A stretch of 64,000 bases of DNA from Xanthobacteraceae bacterium (GTDB lineage: Bacteria; Pseudomonadota; Alphaproteobacteria; Rhizobiales; Xanthobacteraceae): the NCBI GenBank assembly GCA_035623195.1, contig DASPTX010000114.1:16293-80292 (forward strand), written 5' to 3'. Position 1 is the first letter of the stretch. Each line of letters begins with the position of its first letter. Under the pieces are notes generated by a model. That model saw only the letters and a list, made by a program, of their open reading frames with translations, was not told where the DNA came from and did not search any database. The position numbers and the translations under genes are program-made. Below are positions 49,149 to 57,943 of this stretch, piece after piece.

Positions 49149-49919
49149 ATGCGGAGATTGCTTTGTGCAGCCACGCTTGCGTGGACGACGCTGGGTATGA
49201 CCGGCATCGCAAATGCCGCCGACCTGGGACGGCCACCGCCCCCGCCGCCGCCAATTCCAGCCTACATACCATTCAGTTGGACGGGCTTCTACATCGGTGG
49301 CAATCTTGGCGCTGCGTGGACCCCAAGAGGCGACTTCACCGATAGCTTGGGTAATACCTTCTCCGGCGGTGTTTCACAAAGCACCGTGTTCACAGGTGGC
49401 GGCCAAATCGGCGCCAACTATCAGATTAACTACTGGCTTGTCGTCGGCGTCGAAGCGACTTTCGACTGGATGTCGGATCACAATAATAAAAGTGACGCCA
49501 TTGCCATTCCGCCAAATGGAGGGAATGTTTTCCAAGTCTCTGTTAACGACAGATGGATAACGACCGTGGCGGCGCGGGTCGGCGTTGTTGCGGCTGAGAA
49601 TGCGCTGTTTTATGCCAAGGGTGGCGCCGGCTGGGTCGGAGCCAACGATTTTACGCTCGCCAATGTGACCACCGGCGCCTCGATTAGCGGTTCGAATAGC
49701 AATAGCAACAGCGGCTGGCTGGTGGGAGCGGGTGTCGAATATGCTTTTGCGCCCAACTGGACGGCCAAAGTCGAATACGATTTCCTCGGTCTAACCAATA
49801 CGAGCTTTACGGTGCCGGCTGGTGTCGCGGGCTTCCCGAACGGTGACACTATAACCACCAGCAATCGTGACCTCCAAATGCTGACGGTCGGCTTCAACTA
49901 CCTGTTCAATTGGCGCTAG
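49149..49919 (+). CDS. outer-membrane beta-barrel protein (Omp25/RopB-like porin family)
   Basis: Signal peptide ...GIANA, FSWTGFYIGGNLG first strand, C-terminal LTVGFNYLFNWR ending in an aromatic-X motif. Confidence 0.85.
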   Translation: MRRLLCAATLAWTTLGMTGIANAADLGRPPPPPPPIPAYIPFSWTGFYIGGNLGAAWTPRGDFTDSLGNTFSGGVSQSTVFTGGGQIGANYQINYWLVVGVEATFDWMSDHNNKSDAIAIPPNGGNVFQVSVNDRWITTVAARVGVVAAENALFYAKGGAGWVGANDFTLANVTTGASISGSNSNSNSGWLVGAGVEYAFAPNWTAKVEYDFLGLTNTSFTVPAGVAGFPNGDTITTSNRDLQMLTVGFNYLFNWR

Positions 49920-49969
49920 AGCGCAAGCATTTCACACTAAGTAGATCGTGGCGCCAGATGTTTGACGGG

Positions 49970-50045
49970 GCGCGATCGTTTTCGCAAAGAGGGTTTCAAC
50001 CCGCGGATCGGGGTCCGGGTCGGGCCTTTTCCGGATCATGCGATG
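49970..50045. repeat. REP element, long form, degenerate left arm (copy G)
   Basis: ...GATCGTTTTCGCAAAGAGGGTTTCAACCCGCGGATCGGGGTCCGGGTCGGGCCTTTTCCGGATCATGCGATG, downstream of the porin gene. Confidence 0.7.
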
Positions 50046-50122
50046 CGGCAGCCCGACGCTTTATCCGCTACCATTCAGTCTTCGCTTTTTTGGCAGGACC
50101 AAGCACGGCAGACCGCGCTAAC

Positions 50123-50239
50123 TCAATACAAGAGCAGCATGATTGAATCGAAGATCAGCAAAACGGCCATCACTCCCGCAACGGCGAGCGCCAAGGCCTT
50201 CGTCGCTTCCTCGTAACCTTCAAGCCTCTCGATCTTCAT
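50123..50239 (-). CDS. candidate 38-aa tail-anchored peptide (below ORF-track cutoff)
   Basis: Own translation MKIERLEGYEEATKALALAVAGVMAVLLIFDSIMLLLY*. GGAAG 6 nt upstream. It sits immediately after the terminator-like hairpin, which argues against independent expression. Confidence 0.25.
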   Translation of the reverse strand: MKIERLEGYEEATKALALAVAGVMAVLLIFDSIMLLLY

Positions 50240-50250
50240 GGACGACTTCC

Positions 50251-50275
50251 AATAAAAAAACGGCAGCAGCCGTGA
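50251..50275 (-). terminator. terminator-like hairpin plus T-run between the two small hydrophobic ORFs
   Basis: Minus strand CACGGC-TGCT-GCCGTG followed by TTTTTTTATT. Confidence 0.4.
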
Positions 50276-50329
50276 CGCTATCGTTGCGCGTGATCAATAC
50301 GCACTGGCATTTCCCATTTCTTCGTTTGG

Positions 50330-50452
50330 CTAGAGCCGGTACGCCAACCAAACAACCGCTGCCAATACCGACCCCCAGCACACTGCTGTAAGTGCGATGA
50401 TCGGCACCGAAGCAGCAATTGTTCCGCCCTTGGCTGCCTTTCTTGCGCGCAT
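50330..50452 (-). CDS. candidate 40-aa single-TM peptide (below ORF-track cutoff)
   Basis: Own translation MRARKAAKGGTIAASVPIIALTAVCWGSVLAAVVWLAYRL*. AGGGG 9 nt upstream of the ATG. Followed by a hairpin plus T-run (50251-50275). Confidence 0.3.
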   Translation of the reverse strand: MRARKAAKGGTIAASVPIIALTAVCWGSVLAAVVWLAYRL

Positions 50453-50921
50453 TGAACTTGCCCCTACACAGTTACTAAATAGCCTGCAATCAGGCCGTGC
50501 TGGGCGGCCGCGCCCCCGACTGGCCGCCCAGCTTAGAAGCCTAAGAGGCAACAAACTCCCCAACCCCAACCCGAGTTGCGTACTGGGTCTGGGGTTCCTT
50601 TTTGTGGCTTCGGTTGCCTTAATCTCTATCGGAGCGAGATATTCATAAGGCGTGGTTTCCGGGTCACAGGCCACGCGCGACGGGCGCGGCGGATCGTCAC
50701 GAAATATTGCCGAACTCCGGCGGGTCGCGTCCGCGTTACGCGATGCGACACGTCGAAAAGTTCCAGATAAGCGAAAATATCGATATGCCGTGGGTTACGT
50801 CGCCTGCCTACGGCGCCCTAAAGGACGCAAGAAAAATCCGCCGATGGCAACGGCATGAGGTGGGTGAGGCTGATCCCGCTATTTTGGCGATGACAGCGCA
50901 ATGGCGGCGGCGATGGCTGAT

Positions 50922-51116
50922 TTAGACCTGATCCGGATGCAACGTCTCGTTGTTCCCGTCTTTAGGCGCTTGCTGCCGCGTCTGCTGTGAAATAATCGCC
51001 CGCGCCTCGGTATGATTGGCCGCCGTAACGACATTAACGCCGTTCGGCGTAAGCGTGACCGCCAAATGGGGGAAACCGGGTCTGGGCGGCTCGTAAATAG
51101 CTGATTTCACTTTCAT
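50922..51116 (-). CDS. hypothetical small protein (64 aa)
   Basis: ATG preceded by GGAG 9 nt upstream. No family recognised. Confidence 0.35.
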   Translation of the reverse strand: MKVKSAIYEPPRPGFPHLAVTLTPNGVNVVTAANHTEARAIISQQTRQQAPKDGNNETLHPDQV

Positions 51117-51308
51117 ATGACGCGACTCCGTCGTGTGCTTTTTTTCGCCCCGAAAGCATTATTTTCACACCGACACCACAACGGATATCAACTTATTATC
51201 GCCCTAGCATGCGGTCAAACCCCCTGACGCAAGCGATTGATTTCGCCAGCGCTGCACCAATTCTGGTTCCGGCCGATCGACGACACTATTTGCCGCGGCC
51301 GGCGCGAG

Positions 51309-51539
51309 ATGGCGCCGCCGACGATGCCGGCTGTCGACGTCGTCGAGAGCGAGAAGCATACGAAATCGCTGTCGACCTGCCCGGCATGGACGAGAAGAGC
51401 ATCGAAGTGAAAGTGGCCGGAGAGCGTCGACCCGGACAAGATCGAAGCAAGCTTCAAGAAGGGCGTGCTGACTGTGACACTGTCCAAAAAGCCCGAGGCT
51501 CAAGAGCCTGCGAAGAATATCGACGTCAAGGCTGCGTGA
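51309..51539 (+). pseudogene. Hsp20/alpha-crystallin small heat-shock gene relic (two frame changes plus internal deletion)
   Basis: Three frame segments read MPAVDVVESEK / AYEIAVDLPGMDEKSIEVKVAGE / SVDPDKIEASFKKGVLTVTLSKKPEAQEPAKNIDVKAA*. The central ~45 aa of the alpha-crystallin domain are missing. Confidence 0.7.
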
Positions 51540-51700
51540 GCGATCGCTTCATGCAAACGGCGCGTGCGCAAGCCAAGTCTGTTGCAGCGATCCGGCCCGC
51601 CGGTCGCAACTTGGCGTTACAGGCCCAACGTGACGGCGGCGGCGTTGCAGCGCCAGCGCGTTCCAGTCAGCGCGACAAGCCGGTGGCGCCTGGCGCAATA

Positions 51701-51752
51701 GAGCATGATCCGGGAAAACCGGTTTCCACTTTTCCGGGAAAAGATCATGCCC
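51701..51752. repeat. REP element, short form (copy H)
   Basis: GAGCATGATCCGGGAAAACCGGTTTCCACTTTTCCGGGAAAAGATCATGCCC. Confidence 0.85.
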
Positions 51753-51972
51753 GGTAAAAAGTCTGATAGTCGCCGCTTCCCTGCCCCCTGGTCCGTTGAA
51801 GAAACGTCCGCTTGCTTTGTCGTGACGGACAGCGGCGGGCAAAAAAGTGTGTAGCTCTAATTCGAAGAAGGACCCGGCGTGCGAGAATATATGCTATGAT
51901 TTTTTACAGGGGCACTTCCGAAAAACCCTCTGAAGTTGGACGTGCTCCTAACAACAGCCCGGGAGAACGTTC

Positions 51973-52494
51973 ATGTCTGAATTACTGGCACTGTCAGTCA
52001 GTGTCGCCATTCTTGGCGGCATTTGGGCCTTCATCGCGCTCGGCCCCTTGGCCGGCTACACACTTGTGTGGGTTGGCTTCATCGCTGCAGGCTGCTTCTT
52101 CGCTGCAGGCGGCGACACTAAAGCACTTACCAAAACCATCGTCGGCATGATCTATGGCGCCGTGATCGCTTGGATTGCGCTCTGGATAATCGCCAACGTT
52201 CCGATGCCGCAACTGGGTGTGGTGTGGCCAGCGATCATCGTCGGCATCACCGTCTTCTTTCTCGTTATCGTGGCGTCGGCTGATCTACTTTCTTGCGTCC
52301 CAGCCAACGTTTATGGCTATGCTGCTTTGGTCGGCTACACGTTGTCAGCGGGCGCGATGGGCGCGCTAACCGCCCCGAACAACTCCAATCCGCTTTTCCT
52401 CATTGTCGTCTCGGCCATATTGGGCGCCATACTCGGCTACCTCATGGGCCAATTGGCGGCTGCGCTTAAGACAAAAGCGGCGAGAGCGTCATAG
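51973..52494 (+). CDS. DUF1097-like inner membrane protein
   Basis: 173 aa, 5 TM. The N-terminal pattern LSVSVAILGGIWAFIALGPLAG resembles YcdZ/DUF1097 from memory. Confidence 0.6.
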   Translation: MSELLALSVSVAILGGIWAFIALGPLAGYTLVWVGFIAAGCFFAAGGDTKALTKTIVGMIYGAVIAWIALWIIANVPMPQLGVVWPAIIVGITVFFLVIVASADLLSCVPANVYGYAALVGYTLSAGAMGALTAPNNSNPLFLIVVSAILGAILGYLMGQLAAALKTKAARAS

Positions 52495-52521
52495 CGATCT
52501 AACACGAGGTGTGAATTGGAC

Positions 52522-52555
52522 TTGGCTCCGAGGATGCCTTGGAGCCAATTTCTCA
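52522..52555 (+). terminator. candidate terminator after the DUF1097 gene
   Basis: TTGGCTCC-loop11-GGAGCCAA followed by TTTCTC. Confidence 0.45.
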
Positions 52556-52612
52556 CTTCCGGTTACGGTCGTGAGCGGGTGTCGGTATGTTTAGCGCCCG
52601 CCTGTGGCGAAA

Positions 52613-52789
52613 CTACCCTCTGGCCTCCAATACCCTTCCGTTTTTTGGATTTACTAAATGTACGCGCCCACAAGCCGTGCAGGTGACAGGTTCATAATTT
52701 TCAGCAGGGCGTTCAGTTGGATCTTCCGCGATCCGGCCCTGCACCTTTAAGCCCGTATTCGGGCAGCGATAGATAAACGCGACGGCCAT
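52613..52789 (-). CDS. candidate 58-aa Cys-motif (zinc-ribbon-like) protein, below ORF-track cutoff
   Basis: Own translation MAVAFIYRCPNTGLKVQGRIAEDPTERPAENYEPVTCTACGRVHLVNPKNGRVLEARG*. The CPNTG...CTAC...H arrangement resembles small conserved alphaproteobacterial proteins (from memory only). Weak RBS. Confidence 0.4.
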   Translation of the reverse strand: MAVAFIYRCPNTGLKVQGRIAEDPTERPAENYEPVTCTACGRVHLVNPKNGRVLEARG

Positions 52790-52950
52790 AACTGCCCATT
52801 AAGGCAGAGCGTAAATTAAGGCTTTGATCTAACGCAATCTGCGCGACCCATTCGCGTAAGGCGGGACGACGTTCGGCGGCGAAGATGCTCAGCCGGGATT
52901 AAGCGCGCAGGATCGCGGCTGATTTTGCGAATCTGCGTGAGTTGTTGGCC

Positions 52951-52988
52951 AAAAGGAAAAGCCCCGGCGACGAGTAGGACCGAGGCTT
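52951..52988 (-). terminator. candidate terminator after flp
   Basis: Minus strand AAGCCTCGG...CCGGGGCTT (8 of 9 pairs) followed by TTCCTTTT. 23 nt after the flp stop. Confidence 0.45.
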
Positions 52989-53010
52989 AGGTGGGCGATT
53001 GGAGCCAATA

Positions 53011-53175
53011 TTACTTGATAGCGTTCGAAACAGCCGTGAACGTGGCGTTCAAGTTTGTGCCGGTGGTCTTCACGGCGGCGATAATCGCCACCGAAATGCC
53101 AGCCGCGATGAGGCCATATTCGATGGCGGTCGCGCCCGACTCATCGCGAACGAACCGCTTGATGATTGACTTCAC
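53011..53175 (-). CDS. flp: Flp-family type IVb pilin
   Basis: GTG at 53175 with GGGAG 6 nt upstream gives (M)KSIIKRFVRDESGATAIEYGLIAAGISVAIIAAVKTTGTNLNATFTAVSNAIK. The G/ATAIEYGLI processing motif is diagnostic. Confidence 0.75.
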   Translation of the reverse strand: MKSIIKRFVRDESGATAIEYGLIAAGISVAIIAAVKTTGTNLNATFTAVSNAIK

Positions 53176-53339
53176 TGACGTCTCCCTTTGTTGGTTATTC
53201 CAGCAATCGTGCGTAAAACACAACCATCTTTCGTTGGTTAATTCGACAAGACAAATACCAAACCGTTCAGAACGCGGATAACGATGCGTTTCTAGGAGCG
53301 GTAAAATGCGCAAGGTCAGTCTTAGATGATCACGATGTC

Positions 53340-53813
53340 GGGGCGCTGCCACGAGAGGACCAAGAAAATCGGCGCCGACAACGCGGAAGGTTTTGGCGTG
53401 CCCTCACAACGTGCGCAGCAGGAGTGCGAAGTGTTCCGCTCTCTGTACAACTTGTGTCGGCGTTAAAGGCTTGGAAGCTGCAATCGGGATATTCGAACGC
53501 GGAGGATTTAATCTTTCCCAATAGCTATGACGGCTACTCGGGCCACACGACAATCTGATTAAGCGGCAATTCCTTCCGCCCTTCGCCAGGGGCAAAATCA
53601 AAATGTTTTAATTGGCACGGTTTGCGCCACTTCGCCGTTTCAACTTGGATTGAAGCTGGCGCGTCGCCAAAGACGGTGCAGACATTCGCTGGTCACGCAT
53701 TGCTGCAAGTGACGATGGATCGCTACGGGCACTTGTTTCCGAGTGACGATCACAAGCGAACAATGGATCGCATCGCCACGACATTATTCACGAGAACGCC
53801 AAGCGAACATTGA
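53340..53813 (+). pseudogene. tyrosine recombinase (phage-type integrase) remnant, N-terminally truncated and frameshifted
   Basis: Frame segments SVPLSVQLVSALKAWKLQSGYSNAEDLIFPNSYDGYSGH, then NLIKRQFLPPFARGKIKMF, then WHGLRHFAVSTWIEAGASPKTVQTFAGHALLQVTMDRYGHLFP (catalytic R-H...Y region). It faces the 3' end of tRNA-fMet. Confidence 0.75.
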
Positions 53814-53962
53814 CCGCTGCCATGTGGCTTCCATGTGCCTTCCATGTGCCCACGATCGGCGGGCACGAGTTGGGATGAAGCGGACCAGCTTGAAGCCAAA
53901 AAGCGCCAGCCGCGGCTTTGCAATCGACGTTGCGCTAATCTATTGACGGCGCTAGGTGAATT

Positions 53963-54039
<77 letters not shown>

Positions 54040-54093
54040 CCAAACGCCCGATTTTATAGAGGATCATGTAGCAAGCCCCCCCTGCGAAGGGAA

Positions 54094-55059
54094 GTGCGGA
54101 CGGCACATATTTCGTCGTATTATGCTTCCATAACTGCCCGCGCTGTCATGCACGCACTCATAGAAGCAGGAATCGGCGCTAAACCCGCCTTGCAGCCCAA
54201 CACGGCCATCGGCCCGGCCGTGCGCGCGATCGCGGGCAATATCCTGGCCAAAGCCCGCGGCGCGCTGGCGGACCCCGAACGCACGGACGAGGCCGCGGTG
54301 CACGATTTCCGCCGCGCCACCAAGCAATGGCGTGCGCTGATGCGGCTATTGGCCCCGTTCGTCCCGGATGCGGATCGCTGGCGGCGCGAGGCGCGCGATC
54401 ATGCCCGTTCGCTCGCGCATGCGCGCGACGGTGCCGCCGCGCTCAACGCCTATGACGGGCTGATCGAAAAGGGGGTCCTGGTCCTATCCAAGCGCTCGAA
54501 CGCAACCGTGCGCGGCCGCATCGAAGCGTTACGCGCCAGCGAAGAACAGGCGGTGCTCACCCCGGCGCTGCGCGACGCCATTATTGCCTGGCTCGATACC
54601 GCGGCGGCCGCGATCGAATCGTGGCCGCTCGATCCGTTCGACTTCAGCGCGATCGCGGCGCAATTGGCCGCCGGCTATCGCGCGGCGCGGCGGCGCATTC
54701 CGGACGACTGGGCGGCGGCCGACGCCGCCGATTTGCACACGCTGCGTCAGCGCGTCGTCGATTTGCGCTATCAGATGGAATTGATCGAACCGCTTTGGCC
54801 GCGGTTCGGGCAAATGTGGATCGACGAAGCCGAGCGGCTGCGCGAACGCCTTGGCCGCTGCCAGGACCTAGAAGTGCTCAAGCGGCTGACCGCGCCGCAT
54901 CAGCCGCTGGCGCGCTGGCGTTCGCGCTTGACGCCGGCTTGCGCCGAACGTTCCACCGCGCTGGTGCAGCGCGCCGCTCGCATTGCGCATCGTCTATTTT
55001 CCGAACGGCCCAAAGCGTTCCGCCACAGGCTCGAATCGCTGTGGGAGCACGCGCGCTAG
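54094..55059 (+). CDS. CHAD domain-containing protein
   Basis: All-helical, with repeated conserved His/Arg motifs (VHDFRRATKQWRALMRLL, LHTLRQRVVDLRYQMEL) typical of CHAD. Alternative ATG at 54148. Confidence 0.75.
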   Translation: MRTAHISSYYASITARAVMHALIEAGIGAKPALQPNTAIGPAVRAIAGNILAKARGALADPERTDEAAVHDFRRATKQWRALMRLLAPFVPDADRWRREARDHARSLAHARDGAAALNAYDGLIEKGVLVLSKRSNATVRGRIEALRASEEQAVLTPALRDAIIAWLDTAAAAIESWPLDPFDFSAIAAQLAAGYRAARRRIPDDWAAADAADLHTLRQRVVDLRYQMELIEPLWPRFGQMWIDEAERLRERLGRCQDLEVLKRLTAPHQPLARWRSRLTPACAERSTALVQRAARIAHRLFSERPKAFRHRLESLWEHAR

Positions 55060-55091
55060 CGCGAATCGCGGATTGAAATCAGCATCAAATT

Positions 55092-55706
55092 ATGTTCGGC
55101 AAAACCGACCAGAAACGCAGCGAAGGCGAGGATACCGTGTTGCCGCGCGCCAGAGGCGGATTGATCGCGGCCATTGTCGGGGGATTTCTTTTATTCATGG
55201 CGGGAGGAGCGACCGCGCTCCTACTCGGCCCCGGAGATTGGAAATCGCGCCGCGACGGCGTCGTCAATCCGGATGCGTTCACCGACGGCATCGGCATCTA
55301 TCTGCTCAACGACGGCAAGTACAATCTGCTCGTTTGGAAGAAGAAGATCGTCGCCACGCCCGGCACGGCGCCCGACCCGAAGGATATCGCCGAAGCGTCG
55401 CGCGAAGCGATCGCCGTCGGTCCCGGGACGCGGTTCTTTACCTATAGCTTGGACGTCGCGACATGGCCTGTGGTTCCTCCCTACGAAATGGCGTTCTGCA
55501 TCGTTCGCGACGAAAAGACGATCGACGGCATTTATCCAATCCGGTTGAAGCTCCTCGATCGGGAGCACGGACCGATTTATGAAATGCTGTTGCCGCCGAT
55601 CGTCGAAAATCTCAAATCCGGCGCGCTGCCGCATTTATTCTGGGTGCTCAATTATCAGTATTCCTGCAATGACGGCTGGACGTTTCGGTTCGCGCGCGGC
55701 CGATGA
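55092..55706 (+). CDS. hypothetical N-terminally membrane-anchored protein
   Basis: 204 aa. Single TM LIAAIVGGFLLFMAGGATALLL followed by a soluble domain. No family recognised. Confidence 0.55.
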   Translation: MFGKTDQKRSEGEDTVLPRARGGLIAAIVGGFLLFMAGGATALLLGPGDWKSRRDGVVNPDAFTDGIGIYLLNDGKYNLLVWKKKIVATPGTAPDPKDIAEASREAIAVGPGTRFFTYSLDVATWPVVPPYEMAFCIVRDEKTIDGIYPIRLKLLDREHGPIYEMLLPPIVENLKSGALPHLFWVLNYQYSCNDGWTFRFARGR

Positions 55707-55733
55707 AGGCTAAGACATCGAAGCGTTCTCTGC

Positions 55734-56165
55734 TCATTCCCGGCTCGACGGCTCGGCCGCGGTCGGATGAACGGGAGGGTGGGCCGGCGGCGCCGGTTTC
55801 TTCGCAGGCGGCTCCGCTTGGCGGGCCGCTATTTTGGGTTCGGCCGCTTCCAGACAACTGATAGACCCGATCGTATTGGCGCCATATTGCACGGTGCCCG
55901 TCGCCGTTTTCGCGCTGTGCTCGACCGTGAACGGCAAATAAAGGTAGCAAACCATTCCGGTCTGCGGATCGCGCCAACGCTGGATCACGGTGTCTTGGAG
56001 CGGGCCGGCGAACATCTGCTCGAGCTGCATGCGCGGCAAGCGGTCCCATGTGACCGGTTGTTGCGCCGCCGGCTGCTGCGGGGGCTGTTGCTGCTGCGCC
56101 TGCAGCGGAGATCCGAGCAGCACGGCAAGCGCCGCCATTGCGATACTACGCCAACTGCCAGCCAC
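55734..56165 (-). CDS. hypothetical secreted protein with Gln/Pro-rich linker and Pro/Ala-rich tail
   Basis: Signal peptide MAGSWRSIAMAALAVLLGSPLQA, then QQQQPPQQPAAQQP. No family recognised. Confidence 0.55.
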   Translation of the reverse strand: MAGSWRSIAMAALAVLLGSPLQAQQQQPPQQPAAQQPVTWDRLPRMQLEQMFAGPLQDTVIQRWRDPQTGMVCYLYLPFTVEHSAKTATGTVQYGANTIGSISCLEAAEPKIAARQAEPPAKKPAPPAHPPVHPTAAEPSSRE

Positions 56166-56333
56166 GCCGAAACCTCACCCCGTCACACGATACAAGGAAT
56201 TGCTCGCCGCGCCCGAACGTCACGCCCGCTGCTCTTGGAATTCGCGGGCCTGCCGGGCAGCAAATCGGCGATCGAACAGGCCGCCGCATTCATCGAGAGC
56301 CGGAATTAGGGCCCGGAAACGGGACGGATGCGA

Positions 56334-56442
56334 GGCTAGAGCGCAATCCGATCGAGTCGATCCACTCTCCGCTCATTCCCGCGTAAGCGGAGGGGACGAG
56401 CGGATAGTGAACAGCCGATTCAATCTGAACGGATCATGCCCC
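56334..56442. repeat. degenerate mosaic REP (copy K)
   Basis: GGCTAGAGCGCAATCCGATCGAG... then ...CCGATTCAATCTGAACGGATCATGCCCC. The GGCATGATCC arm contains the livF TGA stop. Confidence 0.6.
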
Positions 56443-57162
56443 AGATCGCGCCCTCATTCCCAAATAAATCTGTTGAACGTTTTCGTCGCGCTCAAGCTGC
56501 GCCGCGGGACCTTCCAGCGCGATGCGGCCGGTTTGCAGCACATAGGCGTAATTCGCAAGGCTTAACGCCAGCGGAATCGACTGCTCGGCGAGCAACAGCG
56601 TCAGCCCCTGGTGATGCAGCTCTCCGAGCGTTTCGTAAAGCGCCTCGACGACGGCGGGCGCCAGGCCCAAGCTCGGTTCGTCGAGCATCAGCAATTGCGG
56701 TTCGCTCATCAGCGCGCGGCCGAGCGCCAGCATCTGGCGCTCGCCGCCCGACAGCGTTCCGGCCGATTGGCGGCGGCGCTCGGCGAGCCGCGGAAACAGC
56801 GCATAGACGCGTTCGAACAGTGCGTCGGTGCGGGTGCGATCGGCAAGCGCGGTGGCGCCGAGCCGCAAATTCTGCTCCACCGTCTGGCCGACGAAGAGCC
56901 GCCAGCCTTCCGGCGACAGCGCCAGCCCCTTGCTGACGATCGCGTAAGCCGGCTGTCCGGAAATGCGCTCGCCGCGCCAGTGAATTTGTCCGCCCGAGGC
57001 GCGCACTAGGCCGGCGATGGCGTTGAGCGTCGTCGTCTTGCCAGCGCCGTTGGAGCCAAGGAGCGCGACGACCTGCCCGCGCTCGACGCGAAGCGAAATA
57101 TCGGCGACGCCGACGAGATCGCCGTAGCGCACTTCGAGATGCTCGACGGTAAGCTCGGTCAT
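56434..57162 (-). CDS. livF: branched-chain amino acid ABC transporter ATP-binding protein
   Basis: ATG at 57162 (MTELTVEHLEVRYG). GSNGAGKTT, LSGGERQMLALGRAL, MLDEPSLGL. Its stop codon lies inside a REP arm. Confidence 0.85.
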   Translation of the reverse strand: MTELTVEHLEVRYGDLVGVADISLRVERGQVVALLGSNGAGKTTTLNAIAGLVRASGGQIHWRGERISGQPAYAIVSKGLALSPEGWRLFVGQTVEQNLRLGATALADRTRTDALFERVYALFPRLAERRRQSAGTLSGGERQMLALGRALMSEPQLLMLDEPSLGLAPAVVEALYETLGELHHQGLTLLLAEQSIPLALSLANYAYVLQTGRIALEGPAAQLERDENVQQIYLGMRARSGA

Positions 57163-57181
57163 TGTCGCAACAATCGGTTCC

Positions 57182-57943
57182 TCAACTTCGACCCCTGCCC
57201 GGATGACGATGACTGCGCCCGAGATAGGCTTCGATGACGGCGGGTTCGCGCACCACCGAATCCGGCGTGCCGCTGGCGATGACATGGCCCTGATTGAAGA
57301 CCAGAACGTGCTTGGTGAGAGTCATGATCACCTCCATGATATGTTCGACGATGACGATGCTGACGCCGCTCTCGTGGATGCGGCGTATGAGCGCAATCGC
57401 TTCCTGCAATTCCGCCGGCGTGAGACCGGCAAGCGACTCGTCGAGCAACAGCAGGCGCGGCTCGGTGGCGAGCGCGCGGGCGATCTCCAATCGCTTGCGG
57501 CCCGGCGTGCCGAGCGTACGCGCCGGCTGTTCGGCGCGCAGGCCCGTCAGTTCGACGACATGGCGGGCTCTGTCGCGGGCATCGTTGCGATGCGGATGGC
57601 GGAGGAAAGCGCCCACCATCACGTTGTCGAGGATCGACATATCCGCAAACGTCGTCGGCACCTGAAAGGTGCGCCCGATGCCGGCGCGCGCATGCGCTTC
57701 CGGCGAAGCGCGAGTGAGGTCTTCGCCGTTGAACACGATCCGCCCCGTATTCGGCATCATTTCGCCCGCGAGGCAGTTGAAGAAAGTCGATTTTCCCGCG
57801 CCGTTCGGTCCTATGAGGCCGATAACGTCGCCTTCGTCCACCGTCAAATCGGCGCCGGCCACGGCGCGGAATGCGCCGAAGCTCTTAGAAACGTTCTTTG
57901 CGTCGAGCAGCTTGGCGGTATCAGGCATAGAGGCCTCAGACAT
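57182..57943 (-). CDS. livG: branched-chain amino acid ABC transporter ATP-binding protein
   Basis: GPNGAGKST, then LLLLDESLAGL. Start taken at ATG 57943, overlapping the livM stop; the track start is 57979. Confidence 0.85.
   Translation of the reverse strand: MSEASMPDTAKLLDAKNVSKSFGAFRAVAGADLTVDEGDVIGLIGPNGAGKSTFFNCLAGEMMPNTGRIVFNGEDLTRASPEAHARAGIGRTFQVPTTFADMSILDNVMVGAFLRHPHRNDARDRARHVVELTGLRAEQPARTLGTPGRKRLEIARALATEPRLLLLDESLAGLTPAELQEAIALIRRIHESGVSIVIVEHIMEVIMTLTKHVLVFNQGHVIASGTPDSVVREPAVIEAYLGRSHRHPGRGRS

Noticed and set aside
50707-50925. 72-aa plus ORF overlapping the stop of the 64-aa minus ORF
   Set aside because: It has no SD, weak codon bias and no recognisable family.
52893-52980. 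Short ORF MLSRD*ARRIAADFANLRELLAKRKSPGDE
   Set aside because: It contains an in-frame TAA and is too short. It was treated as a gene fragment within the decayed island.
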